Source of the DNA: Vulcanimicrobiota bacterium
GTDB lineage: Bacteria > Vulcanimicrobiota > Xenobia > Xenobiales > JADMJV01
DNA: 64,000 nt
Assembly: GCA_050250895.1 (NCBI GenBank)
Contig: JBFWNU010000002.1
Coordinates: forward strand, 663,659-727,658
Direction: 5' to 3'
Part shown: one piece after another, positions 1 to 9,838 of the stretch
How positions within the stretch are numbered: the stretch's first letter is position 1
How the letters are laid out: each line of letters starts with the position of its first letter
Position numbers and translations under genes: made by a program
Notes under the pieces: generated by a model
Seen by the model: the letters and a program-made list of their open reading frames with translations, nothing else
Told to the model about the DNA's origin: nothing
Database searches by the model: none

Positions 1-2
1 CC

Positions 3-3000
3 CCAGAGCCTGGCGGACACCTGGTGCTGGCCGCTCTGCTCGACACCCTCGAGCCCACCCGTCGCACCGAGTGGGAACGGGCCATGCTGGCCCTGGCCAC
101 CCGTCTGGCGGGGTGGTGGAAAGTGGCTGAGAACGAGGTCGGCTTTCTGGTTCTGCCGGCGTCAGCCTGGCTCGAGCTGGCCGCCTATCTTGAGTGGGCT
201 CCGCGCTGTGGTCTGGCTCTGGGGCCGGCGATGGTGCTCGAGCAAGAACTCTACGGCGCCGCGGTCGAGGAGGCTTTGAGCGCCCTCGAGTCGGGCTTTC
301 AACCCGATTTGGTCGTGATGTCAGGTGAGGCCGCCGAGTTGGCCTGGCCGCCCTCCGGCCATTTTCGTCGCACCAGCTGCATCAGCGCTTTTGACGGTCA
401 GAGCTTGCTCGACCTGGCTCAGGGAGGACCGCCGCTGGCCGCCGAAGCGAGCCGGTTGACCGCCGAACTCGAGTTGGAGCTGCCCAGCAGAACCCTTTTC
501 CTGGGGGGATTTGAACCGCCCCGCTCGGGCCAGGTCGAGGGTTTGCGCCAAGCCCTGGCAGCCTCGCCGCTACAGCCCCGAGAGCTGGTCGGTCATCCTG
601 GCTGGGGCCCTTCGGTGACGGCGGTGACCAGCCCGGAAGAACTCAAAACCTGGTTGGTGGGACGCCATCGCGCCGATCATCTGGCCGTGCTCTCGGAGGC
701 TCTGGCCAACCAGACCCTGTCGCTGGTCTGCGCTGCCCTGGCCGGTGGAGAAGGGCCGGCTCTGGCCGAAGCCCTCGACCAGTGGAGCGGCCTCGCGCTT
801 GAGGGAAGCCTGCCGGCTCGACTGGAAGAAGCCGAAGATGAACTCGGTCGCCAGGCCCTCGAAGTGGGTCTGCGCGATTGGCTAACGCAGTTACCGCCGG
901 GGCGGTTGGAAGGATTGGTAGGCCGGGTGCCCCGGGAACGGGTGATCTGCCTGTTTCCCGACCCCCGCCTGGGCGAGTGCGAGTGGACTCTCACCGAGTC
1001 GGATTGGGACGAGCGCGGGGCCGAGCTCATCCGCCTCAACCGCGAACAGCAGCAGCGCCTGGCGGCGCAGCCGCTCTTGCTGGTCGCCTCGGCGGGCTTT
1101 GAAGAGCCGCTGCGGGTGTTCTATCGGCAGTTGCGCCTGCGCTGTCCGGCGACTCCCCAGCAGCTGACCGTGCTGGCCCTGGAAGAGGTCAGTCCGGGCC
1201 TGGCCAACTGGTGGGAGCGGCGCCAGGTGAAGGTTCTGGTCGAGGATTTCGCCGAGCTCGAGCGTCGCTTGCTCGAGGCCGCGCCTCGGCCATCGGGCGA
1301 GATTCCTCGCCGGCGGGCCCGCTCTCCCGAGCGACCTTACAAGTTTCTAGACTATTTCGATCCTGAAGACCGCAGCATCTTCTTCGGGCGCGAGAGTGAA
1401 ACCGAGCAACTCTATTCGCTCTTGTTGACGCGGCCGGTCTGCCTGCTGCACGGTCGCTCGGGCGTGGGCAAGACTTCGCTCCTGCAGGCCGGCGTGCTGG
1501 CGCGCCTGCCGCGCCCTCAGAACCTGGTGCTGGTGGTTCGCTGTCTCACCGAACCGGTGAGACTCATCCTGTCTGAACTCGAGCCGCTGGTGGGAGCCCG
1601 GACCAGCCTGCTCGAGGCCTTCGAGGCCGCGGTGGAGGTCATCTCTGGGCAACTGGTGATCGTGTTGGACCAGTTCGAAGAGTTCTTTGTTCGGCTCGAC
1701 CGCCAGTCCCGCACGCCGTTCTTCGAACAGATGGCCAGCCTGGTCACGCGGATGCCCGGCCGGTGCCATCTGGTGTTCTCGATGCGCGAGGACTTCCTGG
1801 CCGAGATGGCCGACTTCGAGCCCTATTTTCCGACCATCCTGGATCACCGTTTCCGGTTGCGTTCACTGGGTGAAGAACAGGCTCGTCGGGCCATTATCGG
1901 CCCGGCCGAACTGTTTGGACTCGAGGTCGAGCCCGCCCTGGTCGAGCGGTTGCTGAGCGAGCTCTTTCGTCAGGGGGTCGAGCCACCCGAGCTGCAGATC
2001 GTGCTCGACCGTCTCTATGAAACCCGCCAGGGGAGTCGCCTGGATCTCGAGGCCTACGACCGTCTGGGTGGAGTGCGTAGCATTCTCGTCGATTATCTCC
2101 ACACCACTCTCAGCAATCTGGCCGCCGAGGGTGTCGAGCTACCTTTCGTGCGCAGATTGCTCGAGCAGATGGTCACCGAGCGCGGCACCAAGGCGGTGAT
2201 GCGCATCGAGGAGCTGGTCGAGCGTTTGGGGCAACCCCTCGAGCTGGTCCAGCAGACGCTGCTCTCGTTGGTGGCCAGTCGCCTGGTGCGGGCCCTGGCC
2301 GACGACCAGGGCGGTCAATACGAATTGGCTCACGAGTACATCATCGCGGAAGTGATCGGTTGGGCCTCACAAGAAGAGCTGGCAGTTCGGCACGCTCGCC
2401 AGGTCTTGCGAGCCGAACTCGAGAGCTGGCAGACCATGGGCAGCTTGCTCAGTGCCGAACGTCTCAATCTGATCGCGCGTGAGCGGTCGCGTCTGGACTT
2501 TTCGCCTGAGGAGCGGGACCTGGTGGTGCGCGCGGCGGCGATCCACGGCTTCGAGTTGGGCCAATGGACCGATCAGCGGGACCGCGAGGTGCTGGCCAGC
2601 CTGCTGACCGAGGGCCACCCCTCCGGTCCGGTGGCGCGGGCCCTCGTGGCTCGTCTTTATGAACTCGATCCGGGCGATCGCCTGAGCCAGGTGATCGCCC
2701 TGGCTTGCCGCCGGTTCGGCAACCCGAATTTGATGGACCAGCTCGACCCCGGTAGAAGTCCGGCCCTTCATCAGACTCTTCAGGCGGCAACTAGAGAGAG
2801 GTTCTTTGGTCCCGAGAAAATGGTGAGGGTGGCCGCGGGCGATTTCTTGATGGGCAGTACGTCGGCGAACAAAGAGGCGCGCAAGCAGGCTTTGCGGCCC
2901 GACCAGCGGCCGGCCATCGAGAGTGAATCCGAGCTAGCCCCCGTCTGGTTGGCCGAGTTCCACCTCGACCGTCACCCGGTCACCAACGCCGAATTCGCCG

Positions 3001-3470
3001 AGTTTCGCGCCGAGCATGCCCATCGATTTCGCCCCGAACACGCGGACCACCCGGCGGTGTTCGTCAGCTGGTTTGACGCTGTGGCTTATGCCGAATGGCT
3101 GGGCAAGCGCCTGCCCAGCGAAGCCGAGTGGGAAAAGGCCGCGCGAGGTGATGACGGACGGTTGTTTCCGTGGGGCGACCGGTTCGAGGCCCACCGGGTC
3201 AACTCGGCCGAGGGCGGGCGCCAGGCTACCAGCGCGGTGGGAAGCTTTCCTAACGGGGCCAGTCCCTTTGGCTGCCAGGATATGGTCGGGAATGTTTGGG
3301 AGTGGACGGCCAGTGCCTGGAAGGAAGGCGCTCCGTTCAAGACCCAGAAGGGCGGCAGCACGGTCTGCTATCAAGCCCAGCTGCACTGCTCGACCCGCCT
3401 CGAGAGCTTTCCCGACTTCATCCAACAGTGGGTGGGATTTCGCACAGCCTGGGATGGAGGAGCGCCTTGA
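3..3470 (+). CDS. nSTAND1 NTPase + C-terminal FGE-sulfatase (SUMF1) domain protein, 5'-truncated by window edge
   Basis: PYKFLDYF..FFGRESE, Walker A GRSGVGKTS, Walker B VLDQFEE, SMREDF, YELAHE; C-terminal HPAVFVSWFDAVAY..RLPSEAEWEKAARG..GNVWEW. The frame is open from base 3, so the true start lies upstream. Confidence 0.85.
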   Translation, partial: PEPGGHLVLAALLDTLEPTRRTEWERAMLALATRLAGWWKVAENEVGFLVLPASAWLELAAYLEWAPRCGLALGPAMVLEQELYGAAVEEALSALESGFQPDLVVMSGEAAELAWPPSGHFRRTSCISAFDGQSLLDLAQGGPPLAAEASRLTAELELELPSRTLFLGGFEPPRSGQVEGLRQALAASPLQPRELVGHPGWGPSVTAVTSPEELKTWLVGRHRADHLAVLSEALANQTLSLVCAALAGGEGPALAEALDQWSGLALEGSLPARLEEAEDELGRQALEVGLRDWLTQLPPGRLEGLVGRVPRERVICLFPDPRLGECEWTLTESDWDERGAELIRLNREQQQRLAAQPLLLVASAGFEEPLRVFYRQLRLRCPATPQQLTVLALEEVSPGLANWWERRQVKVLVEDFAELERRLLEAAPRPSGEIPRRRARSPERPYKFLDYFDPEDRSIFFGRESETEQLYSLLLTRPVCLLHGRSGVGKTSLLQAGVLARLPRPQNLVLVVRCLTEPVRLILSELEPLVGARTSLLEAFEAAVEVISGQLVIVLDQFEEFFVRLDRQSRTPFFEQMASLVTRMPGRCHLVFSMREDFLAEMADFEPYFPTILDHRFRLRSLGEEQARRAIIGPAELFGLEVEPALVERLLSELFRQGVEPPELQIVLDRLYETRQGSRLDLEAYDRLGGVRSILVDYLHTTLSNLAAEGVELPFVRRLLEQMVTERGTKAVMRIEELVERLGQPLELVQQTLLSLVASRLVRALADDQGGQYELAHEYIIAEVIGWASQEELAVRHARQVLRAELESWQTMGSLLSAERLNLIARERSRLDFSPEERDLVVRAAAIHGFELGQWTDQRDREVLASLLTEGHPSGPVARALVARLYELDPGDRLSQVIALACRRFGNPNLMDQLDPGRSPALHQTLQAATRERFFGPEKMVRVAAGDFLMGSTSANKEARKQALRPDQRPAIESESELAPVWLAEFHLDRHPVTNAEFAEFRAEHAHRFRPEHADHPAVFVSWFDAVAYAEWLGKRLPSEAEWEKAARGDDGRLFPWGDRFEAHRVNSAEGGRQATSAVGSFPNGASPFGCQDMVGNVWEWTASAWKEGAPFKTQKGGSTVCYQAQLHCSTRLESFPDFIQQWVGFRTAWDGGAP

Positions 3471-6400
3471 CCGAACTTCGTCTGGTATTGGTCGGTCGGG
3501 CCGGGCCGAGCCTGGCGGCGCTGGCTGTGGATAGTCTGGGTCGGGCGATGGCCACGATCTTGGCCGAGCAACCCCATCAGTTCGACGGCGACGGGCGTTT
3601 GCGAGCCACCTTTTCGAGTCTGGCCCCCGCTCTGCGCGATGTGGCTCGCTTGCTCGAAGAGATGAGCCTGCTGGAAGCCGCCTTCGACACTAGCTTCGAT
3701 TACGCCATGGCCCTGCATCTGGGGGATGTCAGCCAGGATGATCCTTTGACCGGACCGGCCGTCGACTTTGCCGTGCAGCTGCTGGATGGGACTCGGCCCG
3801 GCCACGTGCGCCTGGCCCCCTCGGTCCTCACCCAGGTTGCCTCACGACCCACCGCCTTGACCATCGAAGACGGTCAGGCCCGGCTGGATCGCGAGCGCCG
3901 CCAACAGTTGGTCGCGGGCGGTCAGGCTCGCCACGCTCCTCGCTTTGTGTTGGGCTGGACCGGCAACCAGCTAGAGCCGGATCGGCAGCTGTTCGAGTGG
4001 ACCCGAGCCCAGGGCGGCGAGGTGTTGCATTGGGGTGAGGAGGCCCGTCTGGCTATCGTGCCGCCTCGGGCCCAGGTGGCCGAGATCTTGCCTCGGCTCA
4101 AGGGACTGCGAGCCGCACTAGGGGTCGGAGAATTGGTGCCCCAACCCTCAGGGGAGGTGAGCGGGTTAGTGGTGGAGCAAGTGCTGGAGAGCCTGTTCGA
4201 GTCAGGCTTCGAGCCTGATCTGGTGCTCCTGACCGAGGCTGCCGCCCGCGCCCTGGGGGAGCTCAGTCTCGAGCCCTTCGGCCCCTCCGGCGGCCGGCTG
4301 GCGGTTCCCCTCTATCGATACTGCCCCTCGCCCGGGTCTTTACGGGCCAGCCATCGACCCCGGCGCGTCTCCTTGCCCGGACCGATCGATGTGGTGGTGG
4401 GGGTCGAGCCGGCCGAGCCTGGTCCCTTCGAACAACGCCTCTGCCGCTTCGAGCCGGCCTTCGCCCACCATCGACTGGTGCGGTCGAGCAACTGTCCAGA
4501 CCAGGCCGAGCTGGGCGTGGCCCTGGCTGCGGTCGCCTCTATGCGCGGGCTGAGCCTGCCCCCTCGATTGATCGAACCGGGCGAGCTGGACCAGCTCGAA
4601 GAGCTGCTAACCGGTCTGTCGGGTGATGGACCCGAAGCCCGCCTGCGAGGGCGCTTGACGGTGGTCGTGGCCGGCCCGTTGGGGGGGGAGAATCCTTTCG
4701 GCGACGGTGAGTGGGCACTGGCCGCCCAGAGCCTGGAAGAGGACGGGGGTCGGGACGCACTCCTGGCAGCTTATCGGAACTGGTGCCGAGAGCTTTCTCG
4801 ACCCGAATGGGTCCCCTGGCTCGAGGGGGCCGAGCTGGTGATCAGTCTCTTTCCCGACCCGCGTCTTGACGAACTCGAAGGTCCTCGGGTAATCCAACTG
4901 GCCGACGACCCTCTGTTGTTGACCGACAGCGACGCCGACCAGTGGCTGGCCGCCTTACCACAGCGGCTGGCTGGGGTGGCCGATGAGCTGGTGGGCCAAC
5001 CGTGTCTGCTGTTGGGACAGAGCCACAGCTTGTCGGGGCTCAAAGCGTTCTTTCGCCAGTTTCGCCTGCTGTATGGCGAGATCGAGTGCTTGGCCACCCT
5101 GCCGCCCGGCGAGGCTCGCTGGTGGCAACGTCGAGGGGTGGAGGTGGTGGGGGAGTCGCCTGCCGAGCTGGTAGCCCGCTTGGGGCCGCTCTCCGAGCCG
5201 GCGCTGGCCGGGCCGTCGGGCCGCCTGCTGGCTACTCCCGACCGGCCGTATAAGTTCCTCAGTTATTTCGAGGCCCAGGATCGAGCCATCTTTTTTGGCC
5301 GTGAAGCCGAGGTGGTCGAGCTCTCGCGCCGCGTTTTGCGCGAGCCCCTGCTGGTCATCTTTGGCCGCTCGGGCGTGGGTAAGACTTCGCTCTTGCGGGC
5401 TGGTGTACTGGTCGAATTGGGTCCGCCCCGCGACCTGAATCTCTATCTGCGCCCTTTGCGCGACCCTCTAGCTACTTTGTTGGCTCAGCTGGGAGCTCCC
5501 GAGCAGAGTCTGGTCCAGGCCATGGCCACGGCCACGGCCCGCTTATCGGGTCATCTGACTGTGGTTTTCGACCAGTTCGAAGAGTTCTTCGTGCACTGCC
5601 CGCCCGAGGTCCGCACCCGCTTCATCGCAGAGGTGGCCGGCTTCGTGGCCACGCCGCCCCCGCGGGCTCATCTGGTCTTCTCGATGCGAGAAGACTTTCT
5701 GGCCGAGATGTCCGAGTTCGAGGAGCATCTTCCCAGCGTGCTCGACAATCGATTCCGGGTGCGCGCTCTGGAGCGAGAACAGGCCCGCCAGGCGATCGTG
5801 GGGCCGGCCAGGCTGTTCGGTCTTGAATGGCAGCCAGAGCTGGTCGAGCTTTTGCTCGACAAGATCGACGATGACGGGGTCGATCCTCCCGAACTGCAGA
5901 TTGTCTGTGACCGTCTCTTCGAGGCCCGTCAGGGCAATCGGATCGACCTGGCCCTCTACGAGCAGATGGGGGGGATTCGGGCCGTGCTGGTGGGTTATCT
6001 CGAGACCACCCTGACTACCCTCGGTAGCGACATTCAATCGGCCCGTCGTCTGCTCAAAGCCATGGTGACCGCCCGCGGGACGAAAGCGGTGCTCGGCCTC
6101 TCCGAGCTCGCCCAGCGACTGGGCCAGCCCCCGGACCAGCTGGCCCAACTGCTCGAGGGTCTGGTCCAGGCTCGCCTGGTGCGGGCGCTATCGGACCAGG
6201 GTCAGGCGAGTTTCGAGCTGGCCCACGAGTACATCATCGAAGAGGTGGTCGGCTGGACCTCGGCCAACGAACTGGCCTTGCTACACGCCCGCCAGGTGCT
6301 CGACTCCGAACTGCTGGCGTGGCAACGCGACCGCAGCCTGCTGCCCTTGGACCGGTTGGCGGTCATCAAGCCTCACCTCCAGCTGCTCGAACCCGGTCCT

Positions 6401-7393
6401 CAGGCTCAAGCGATGCTGGTGAGGGCCGCCGCCCTCCACCAGCAGGATTTGACCGACTGGATCCTCGAGCCGGTAGCGGCCGTCCCCGCTCTGCTCGAGC
6501 TGCTGACAGAAGAGACAACGGCTCAACCGGTTGGCCGGAGCCTGCTGGTGGGCCTGTATGGACTGCAACTGTCCGACAGCCAGGCGGAAGCGATGCTGGC
6601 TGGCGCGCTACGCTTTGGCACTCCCGACTTTCTCCGAGGTTTGGACCGGTCCGGCCGACCGGGCCTCTACGAGCAGTTGTCGTTGAAGGTGCTCGAGCGT
6701 TACTATGGACCCGCCCGCATGGTCCGGGTGCCGGCCGGCCCCGCCTGGCTCGGTTCGTCTCGAGAGAACAAAGCCGAACGCAAGTCTCGCCTGCGGCCCG
6801 ACCTGCACGAGCGCATCGATACCGAGGCCGACTACGGCCAGGTCGACCTGCCCGAATTCTGGATCGATCGCTATCCGGTGACGCACCTCGAATACACCGA
6901 GTTCGAGCCTGGTCATACCCATTATTACGCTCCCCACGAGGCCCGCCACCCCGTGGTCTTCGTCAGCTATCATCAAGCCCAGAACTACGTCGCCTGGTTG
7001 GGCAAGAGCCTGCCCACCGAACAGCAGTGGGAGAAAGCTGCCCGTGGCAGCGACGGTCGTCTCTATCCGTGGGGCAACCAGTTCGAGTCGAGCCGGCTCA
7101 ACTCGGCCGAGTCCGAGCGCCGTCACACCACCCCGGTCGACGCCCATCCCACCGGAGCCAGCCCGTATGGCTGTCTGGACATGTCGGGCAACATCTGGGA
7201 ATGGACCTGCACCCCCTGGGCAAGCTCGGGTCCGTTTATGGCCAAGAAAGGTGGATGCGCCATCAACTTCGAGCCCCACATGCAGTCCTCGGCACGCTTT
7301 GAAGACCTGCCGGACATCATCCTTAAATTCGTGGGCTTTCGCGCCATCGTGCTCGACAACCCCTGGACTCGCGGCGAGGTGGACTGGTTTTGA
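3467..7393 (+). CDS. nSTAND1 NTPase + FGE-sulfatase protein, paralog of the upstream gene
   Basis: Same motifs (GRSGVGKTS, FDQFEE, LPTEQQWEKAARG, GNIWEW). Start set at TTG 3467, overlapping the upstream TGA (TTGA), with GGAGG at 3456-3460. Confidence 0.85.
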   Translation: MTELRLVLVGRAGPSLAALAVDSLGRAMATILAEQPHQFDGDGRLRATFSSLAPALRDVARLLEEMSLLEAAFDTSFDYAMALHLGDVSQDDPLTGPAVDFAVQLLDGTRPGHVRLAPSVLTQVASRPTALTIEDGQARLDRERRQQLVAGGQARHAPRFVLGWTGNQLEPDRQLFEWTRAQGGEVLHWGEEARLAIVPPRAQVAEILPRLKGLRAALGVGELVPQPSGEVSGLVVEQVLESLFESGFEPDLVLLTEAAARALGELSLEPFGPSGGRLAVPLYRYCPSPGSLRASHRPRRVSLPGPIDVVVGVEPAEPGPFEQRLCRFEPAFAHHRLVRSSNCPDQAELGVALAAVASMRGLSLPPRLIEPGELDQLEELLTGLSGDGPEARLRGRLTVVVAGPLGGENPFGDGEWALAAQSLEEDGGRDALLAAYRNWCRELSRPEWVPWLEGAELVISLFPDPRLDELEGPRVIQLADDPLLLTDSDADQWLAALPQRLAGVADELVGQPCLLLGQSHSLSGLKAFFRQFRLLYGEIECLATLPPGEARWWQRRGVEVVGESPAELVARLGPLSEPALAGPSGRLLATPDRPYKFLSYFEAQDRAIFFGREAEVVELSRRVLREPLLVIFGRSGVGKTSLLRAGVLVELGPPRDLNLYLRPLRDPLATLLAQLGAPEQSLVQAMATATARLSGHLTVVFDQFEEFFVHCPPEVRTRFIAEVAGFVATPPPRAHLVFSMREDFLAEMSEFEEHLPSVLDNRFRVRALEREQARQAIVGPARLFGLEWQPELVELLLDKIDDDGVDPPELQIVCDRLFEARQGNRIDLALYEQMGGIRAVLVGYLETTLTTLGSDIQSARRLLKAMVTARGTKAVLGLSELAQRLGQPPDQLAQLLEGLVQARLVRALSDQGQASFELAHEYIIEEVVGWTSANELALLHARQVLDSELLAWQRDRSLLPLDRLAVIKPHLQLLEPGPQAQAMLVRAAALHQQDLTDWILEPVAAVPALLELLTEETTAQPVGRSLLVGLYGLQLSDSQAEAMLAGALRFGTPDFLRGLDRSGRPGLYEQLSLKVLERYYGPARMVRVPAGPAWLGSSRENKAERKSRLRPDLHERIDTEADYGQVDLPEFWIDRYPVTHLEYTEFEPGHTHYYAPHEARHPVVFVSYHQAQNYVAWLGKSLPTEQQWEKAARGSDGRLYPWGNQFESSRLNSAESERRHTTPVDAHPTGASPYGCLDMSGNIWEWTCTPWASSGPFMAKKGGCAINFEPHMQSSARFEDLPDIILKFVGFRAIVLDNPWTRGEVDWF

Positions 7394-7887
7394 ACATCTG
7401 CCTGCTCTCGGACACCCACAGCTATCTCGACCCGGCCGTGCTTCATTGGGCCAACAAGTGCGACGAGATCTGGCATGCCGGCGACATCGGCAGCCTTGAA
7501 CTAGCTCACCGCCTGGCCGAGGTCAAGCCTCTGCGGGCGGTCTATGGCAACATCGACGACCGCGAGATACGCCTGGAATACCCCGAAGACCAGCTCTTCG
7601 AGTGCGAGGGCGCCAGCGTCTTCATGACTCACATCGGAGGTTACCCCGGCCGCTACGCCAAAGGCATCCGCGCCCGCGTGGCCCAGTTGCGACCTTCGCT
7701 TTTCATTTGCGGCCATTCCCACATCTTGCGCATCCAAAAAGACGAGAAGTTGGGGGTCTTTCACCTCAACCCCGGAGCCTGTGGACGGGTCGGCTTTCAC
7801 CAGGTGCGCACCCTCATGATCCTCACCCTCGAAGAGCGGACTCTCACCGATCTCAAAGTGGTGGAACTAGGACCGCGAACCGGCTGA
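7390..7887 (+). CDS. Metallophosphoesterase, YfcE/MJ0936 family
   Basis: SDTH, HAGDIG, VYGNID, THIGG, GHSH, NPG motifs; TTGA overlap with the upstream stop. Confidence 0.9.
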   Translation: MNICLLSDTHSYLDPAVLHWANKCDEIWHAGDIGSLELAHRLAEVKPLRAVYGNIDDREIRLEYPEDQLFECEGASVFMTHIGGYPGRYAKGIRARVAQLRPSLFICGHSHILRIQKDEKLGVFHLNPGACGRVGFHQVRTLMILTLEERTLTDLKVVELGPRTG

Positions 7888-9257
7888 TGCATCCTCTCGA
7901 ACCCGACCTCGACCAGAGCCTGGCTCTGGGCCGACAGGTCCTCGACCGGGTCGTCTCGCAGCTGGCGCAACTGTCGTCGGCGGCCAGCCATGGTCGCGAG
8001 GGGGCCAATCAGCTGGCCCTCTCGTTCGTCCAACCTCAACCGCCAGAACACGGTCGCCCGCTGGCGGACATCCTCGACCAACTCGAACGGGGTCTCGACC
8101 AAACCATCAATACGGCCGGCCCAGGCTATCTGGCCTATATCCCCGGCGGCGGTCTCTACGCCTCGGCCCTGGCCGCCCTCTGGTCGGCGGCCACCAATCG
8201 CTACGTGGGCCTGTGGGAACCCGCTCCCCCCCTGGTCCAGCTCGAGCAGAACGTCATTAGCTGGCTCTGCGATCTGGTCGGCTTTGGCCCTGACGCTGGC
8301 GGCGTTCTTACCAGCGGCGGCTCGCTAGCCAACCTGATCGCTACCGTCGCAGCCCGCGACCACCACCAACCCGAAGACTTCCTCGACGGCACCGTCTACG
8401 TGAGCAATCAAGCCCATCTTTCGGTGGCCAAGGCCGCTCGCGTGGCCGGCTTCCGCCGGGCTAACGTGCGCCTGGTTCCCACCTGCGACCAACGCCTCGA
8501 CCCCGTCGCTCTCGAGCAGATGCTGACCGAAGATCGAGCCGCCGGCCTGCGCCCTTGCCTGTTAGTGGGCAATGCCGGCACCACCAACACCGGCGCCGTC
8601 GACCCCCTTGAACAGCTCGCTCTGATAGCCGAGCGTCACCAACTCTGGTTTCATGTGGATGCCGCCTACGGAGGCTTCTTCCTGCTCACCGAGCGCGGCC
8701 GCCAGGCGCTGGCCGGCATCGAACGGGCCGATTCGGTCACCCTCGACCCCCACAAGGGCCTCTTTCTGCCTTACGGCACCGGAGCGGTGGTGGTGCGCCA
8801 GCGCGAGCACTTGCGAGCCAGCTTCTTTGCCCAGGCCGAATACCTCCAGGACCTCGACACCAGCCAGATCAACTTCTCGGACCTTTCTCCCGAGCAGAGC
8901 CGTGGTTTCCGCGGCCTGCAGGTCTGGCTGCCGCTCCAGTTGCACGGGCTGGGGGCCTTTCGCGACTGCCTGCAAGAGAAGCTCGACCTGGCCGACTGGG
9001 CCTATGCCCGCCTGGCCGCGGCCGGTTTCGACATGCTGGCCCCCCCGCTACTCTCGCTGGTGGCTTTTCGCCACCCCGAGGGCGATCAGGCCGGACGCCG
9101 CCTGCTCGAAGCCGTGCTGGCCCGCAAAGAGGTCTTTCTGTCGAGCACCCTCGTCGACGGTCGCTACACCCTGCGCATCTGCGTGCTCTGCTTTCGCACC
9201 CACCGCCCCCACGTCAAGGCGGCCGTGGAAGCCCTCATCGAACTGGCCAGGACCTGA
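7887..9257 (+). CDS. PLP-dependent group II (aromatic-L-amino-acid/glutamate-type) decarboxylase
   Basis: TSGGSLAN, GTTNTGAVD, HVDAAYGG, DSVTLDPHK (PLP lysine); ATG at 7887 overlaps the upstream TGA. Confidence 0.9.
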   Translation: MHPLEPDLDQSLALGRQVLDRVVSQLAQLSSAASHGREGANQLALSFVQPQPPEHGRPLADILDQLERGLDQTINTAGPGYLAYIPGGGLYASALAALWSAATNRYVGLWEPAPPLVQLEQNVISWLCDLVGFGPDAGGVLTSGGSLANLIATVAARDHHQPEDFLDGTVYVSNQAHLSVAKAARVAGFRRANVRLVPTCDQRLDPVALEQMLTEDRAAGLRPCLLVGNAGTTNTGAVDPLEQLALIAERHQLWFHVDAAYGGFFLLTERGRQALAGIERADSVTLDPHKGLFLPYGTGAVVVRQREHLRASFFAQAEYLQDLDTSQINFSDLSPEQSRGFRGLQVWLPLQLHGLGAFRDCLQEKLDLADWAYARLAAAGFDMLAPPLLSLVAFRHPEGDQAGRRLLEAVLARKEVFLSSTLVDGRYTLRICVLCFRTHRPHVKAAVEALIELART

Positions 9258-9281
9258 CCGTCCCTTTCCGAAAAGGGTCGT

Positions 9282-9791
9282 ATGTCCAGGCTCTTGTCAC
9301 TGATTCTGTGCTGTCTTCTCTTCGGCTGCGCCAAGCCCGAGCCTCCCAAACAGCTGCCCGACCATTTCGAGGGCAGCCTGGGAGACGCTTACGACGCAAC
9401 CTTTCTGACCATCGACCTCCAGCAAGAGGCTGGGCAACTCAAAGGCCATTACGACATCAGCCGGCCGGGCAAGCCGGTCGAAGGCGACTTTACCGGCACC
9501 ACTGCGGGCAATGAGGTCAAGCTGACCCTGCTGGTGCCCGAGACTTCGCAGAAGCGGCTCGGCTGGTCCGACAAGCTCGAGCTGACCCTCAACCTGGGCG
9601 AAGCCACGCAAGTCGAGATCGCCCGCCAGTATGAAGCCATCGGCGAGAAGGTTCCTCCCGAGATCCGGGCCCTGGGCTCGATCCCCCAACTGGGCGGCTG
9701 GGCTCTCTTTAGCGAGAACGGCCAGGCCAAGAAGAAGCTGGTGGTGCTCTACAATCTCGACTTCATGAAGCTGCACCAGTCCCGACGCTAG
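9282..9791 (+). CDS. Putative lipoprotein of unknown function
   Basis: Signal peptide with LLFGC lipobox; paralog of the next gene. Confidence 0.7.
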   Translation: MSRLLSLILCCLLFGCAKPEPPKQLPDHFEGSLGDAYDATFLTIDLQQEAGQLKGHYDISRPGKPVEGDFTGTTAGNEVKLTLLVPETSQKRLGWSDKLELTLNLGEATQVEIARQYEAIGEKVPPEIRALGSIPQLGGWALFSENGQAKKKLVVLYNLDFMKLHQSRR

Positions 9792-9838
9792 GCAACCTCG
9801 ATGCAGGCCCTCTGATGAGGCCTATCGAACCCCATTTC

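Noticed and set aside
3296-3466. Upstream extensions of called ORFs (3296, also 7602, 17487, 34174, 47957, 61028)
   Set aside because: They overlap neighbouring genes or lack an RBS; downstream starts fit stop-start overlaps, SD motifs or family N-termini better.
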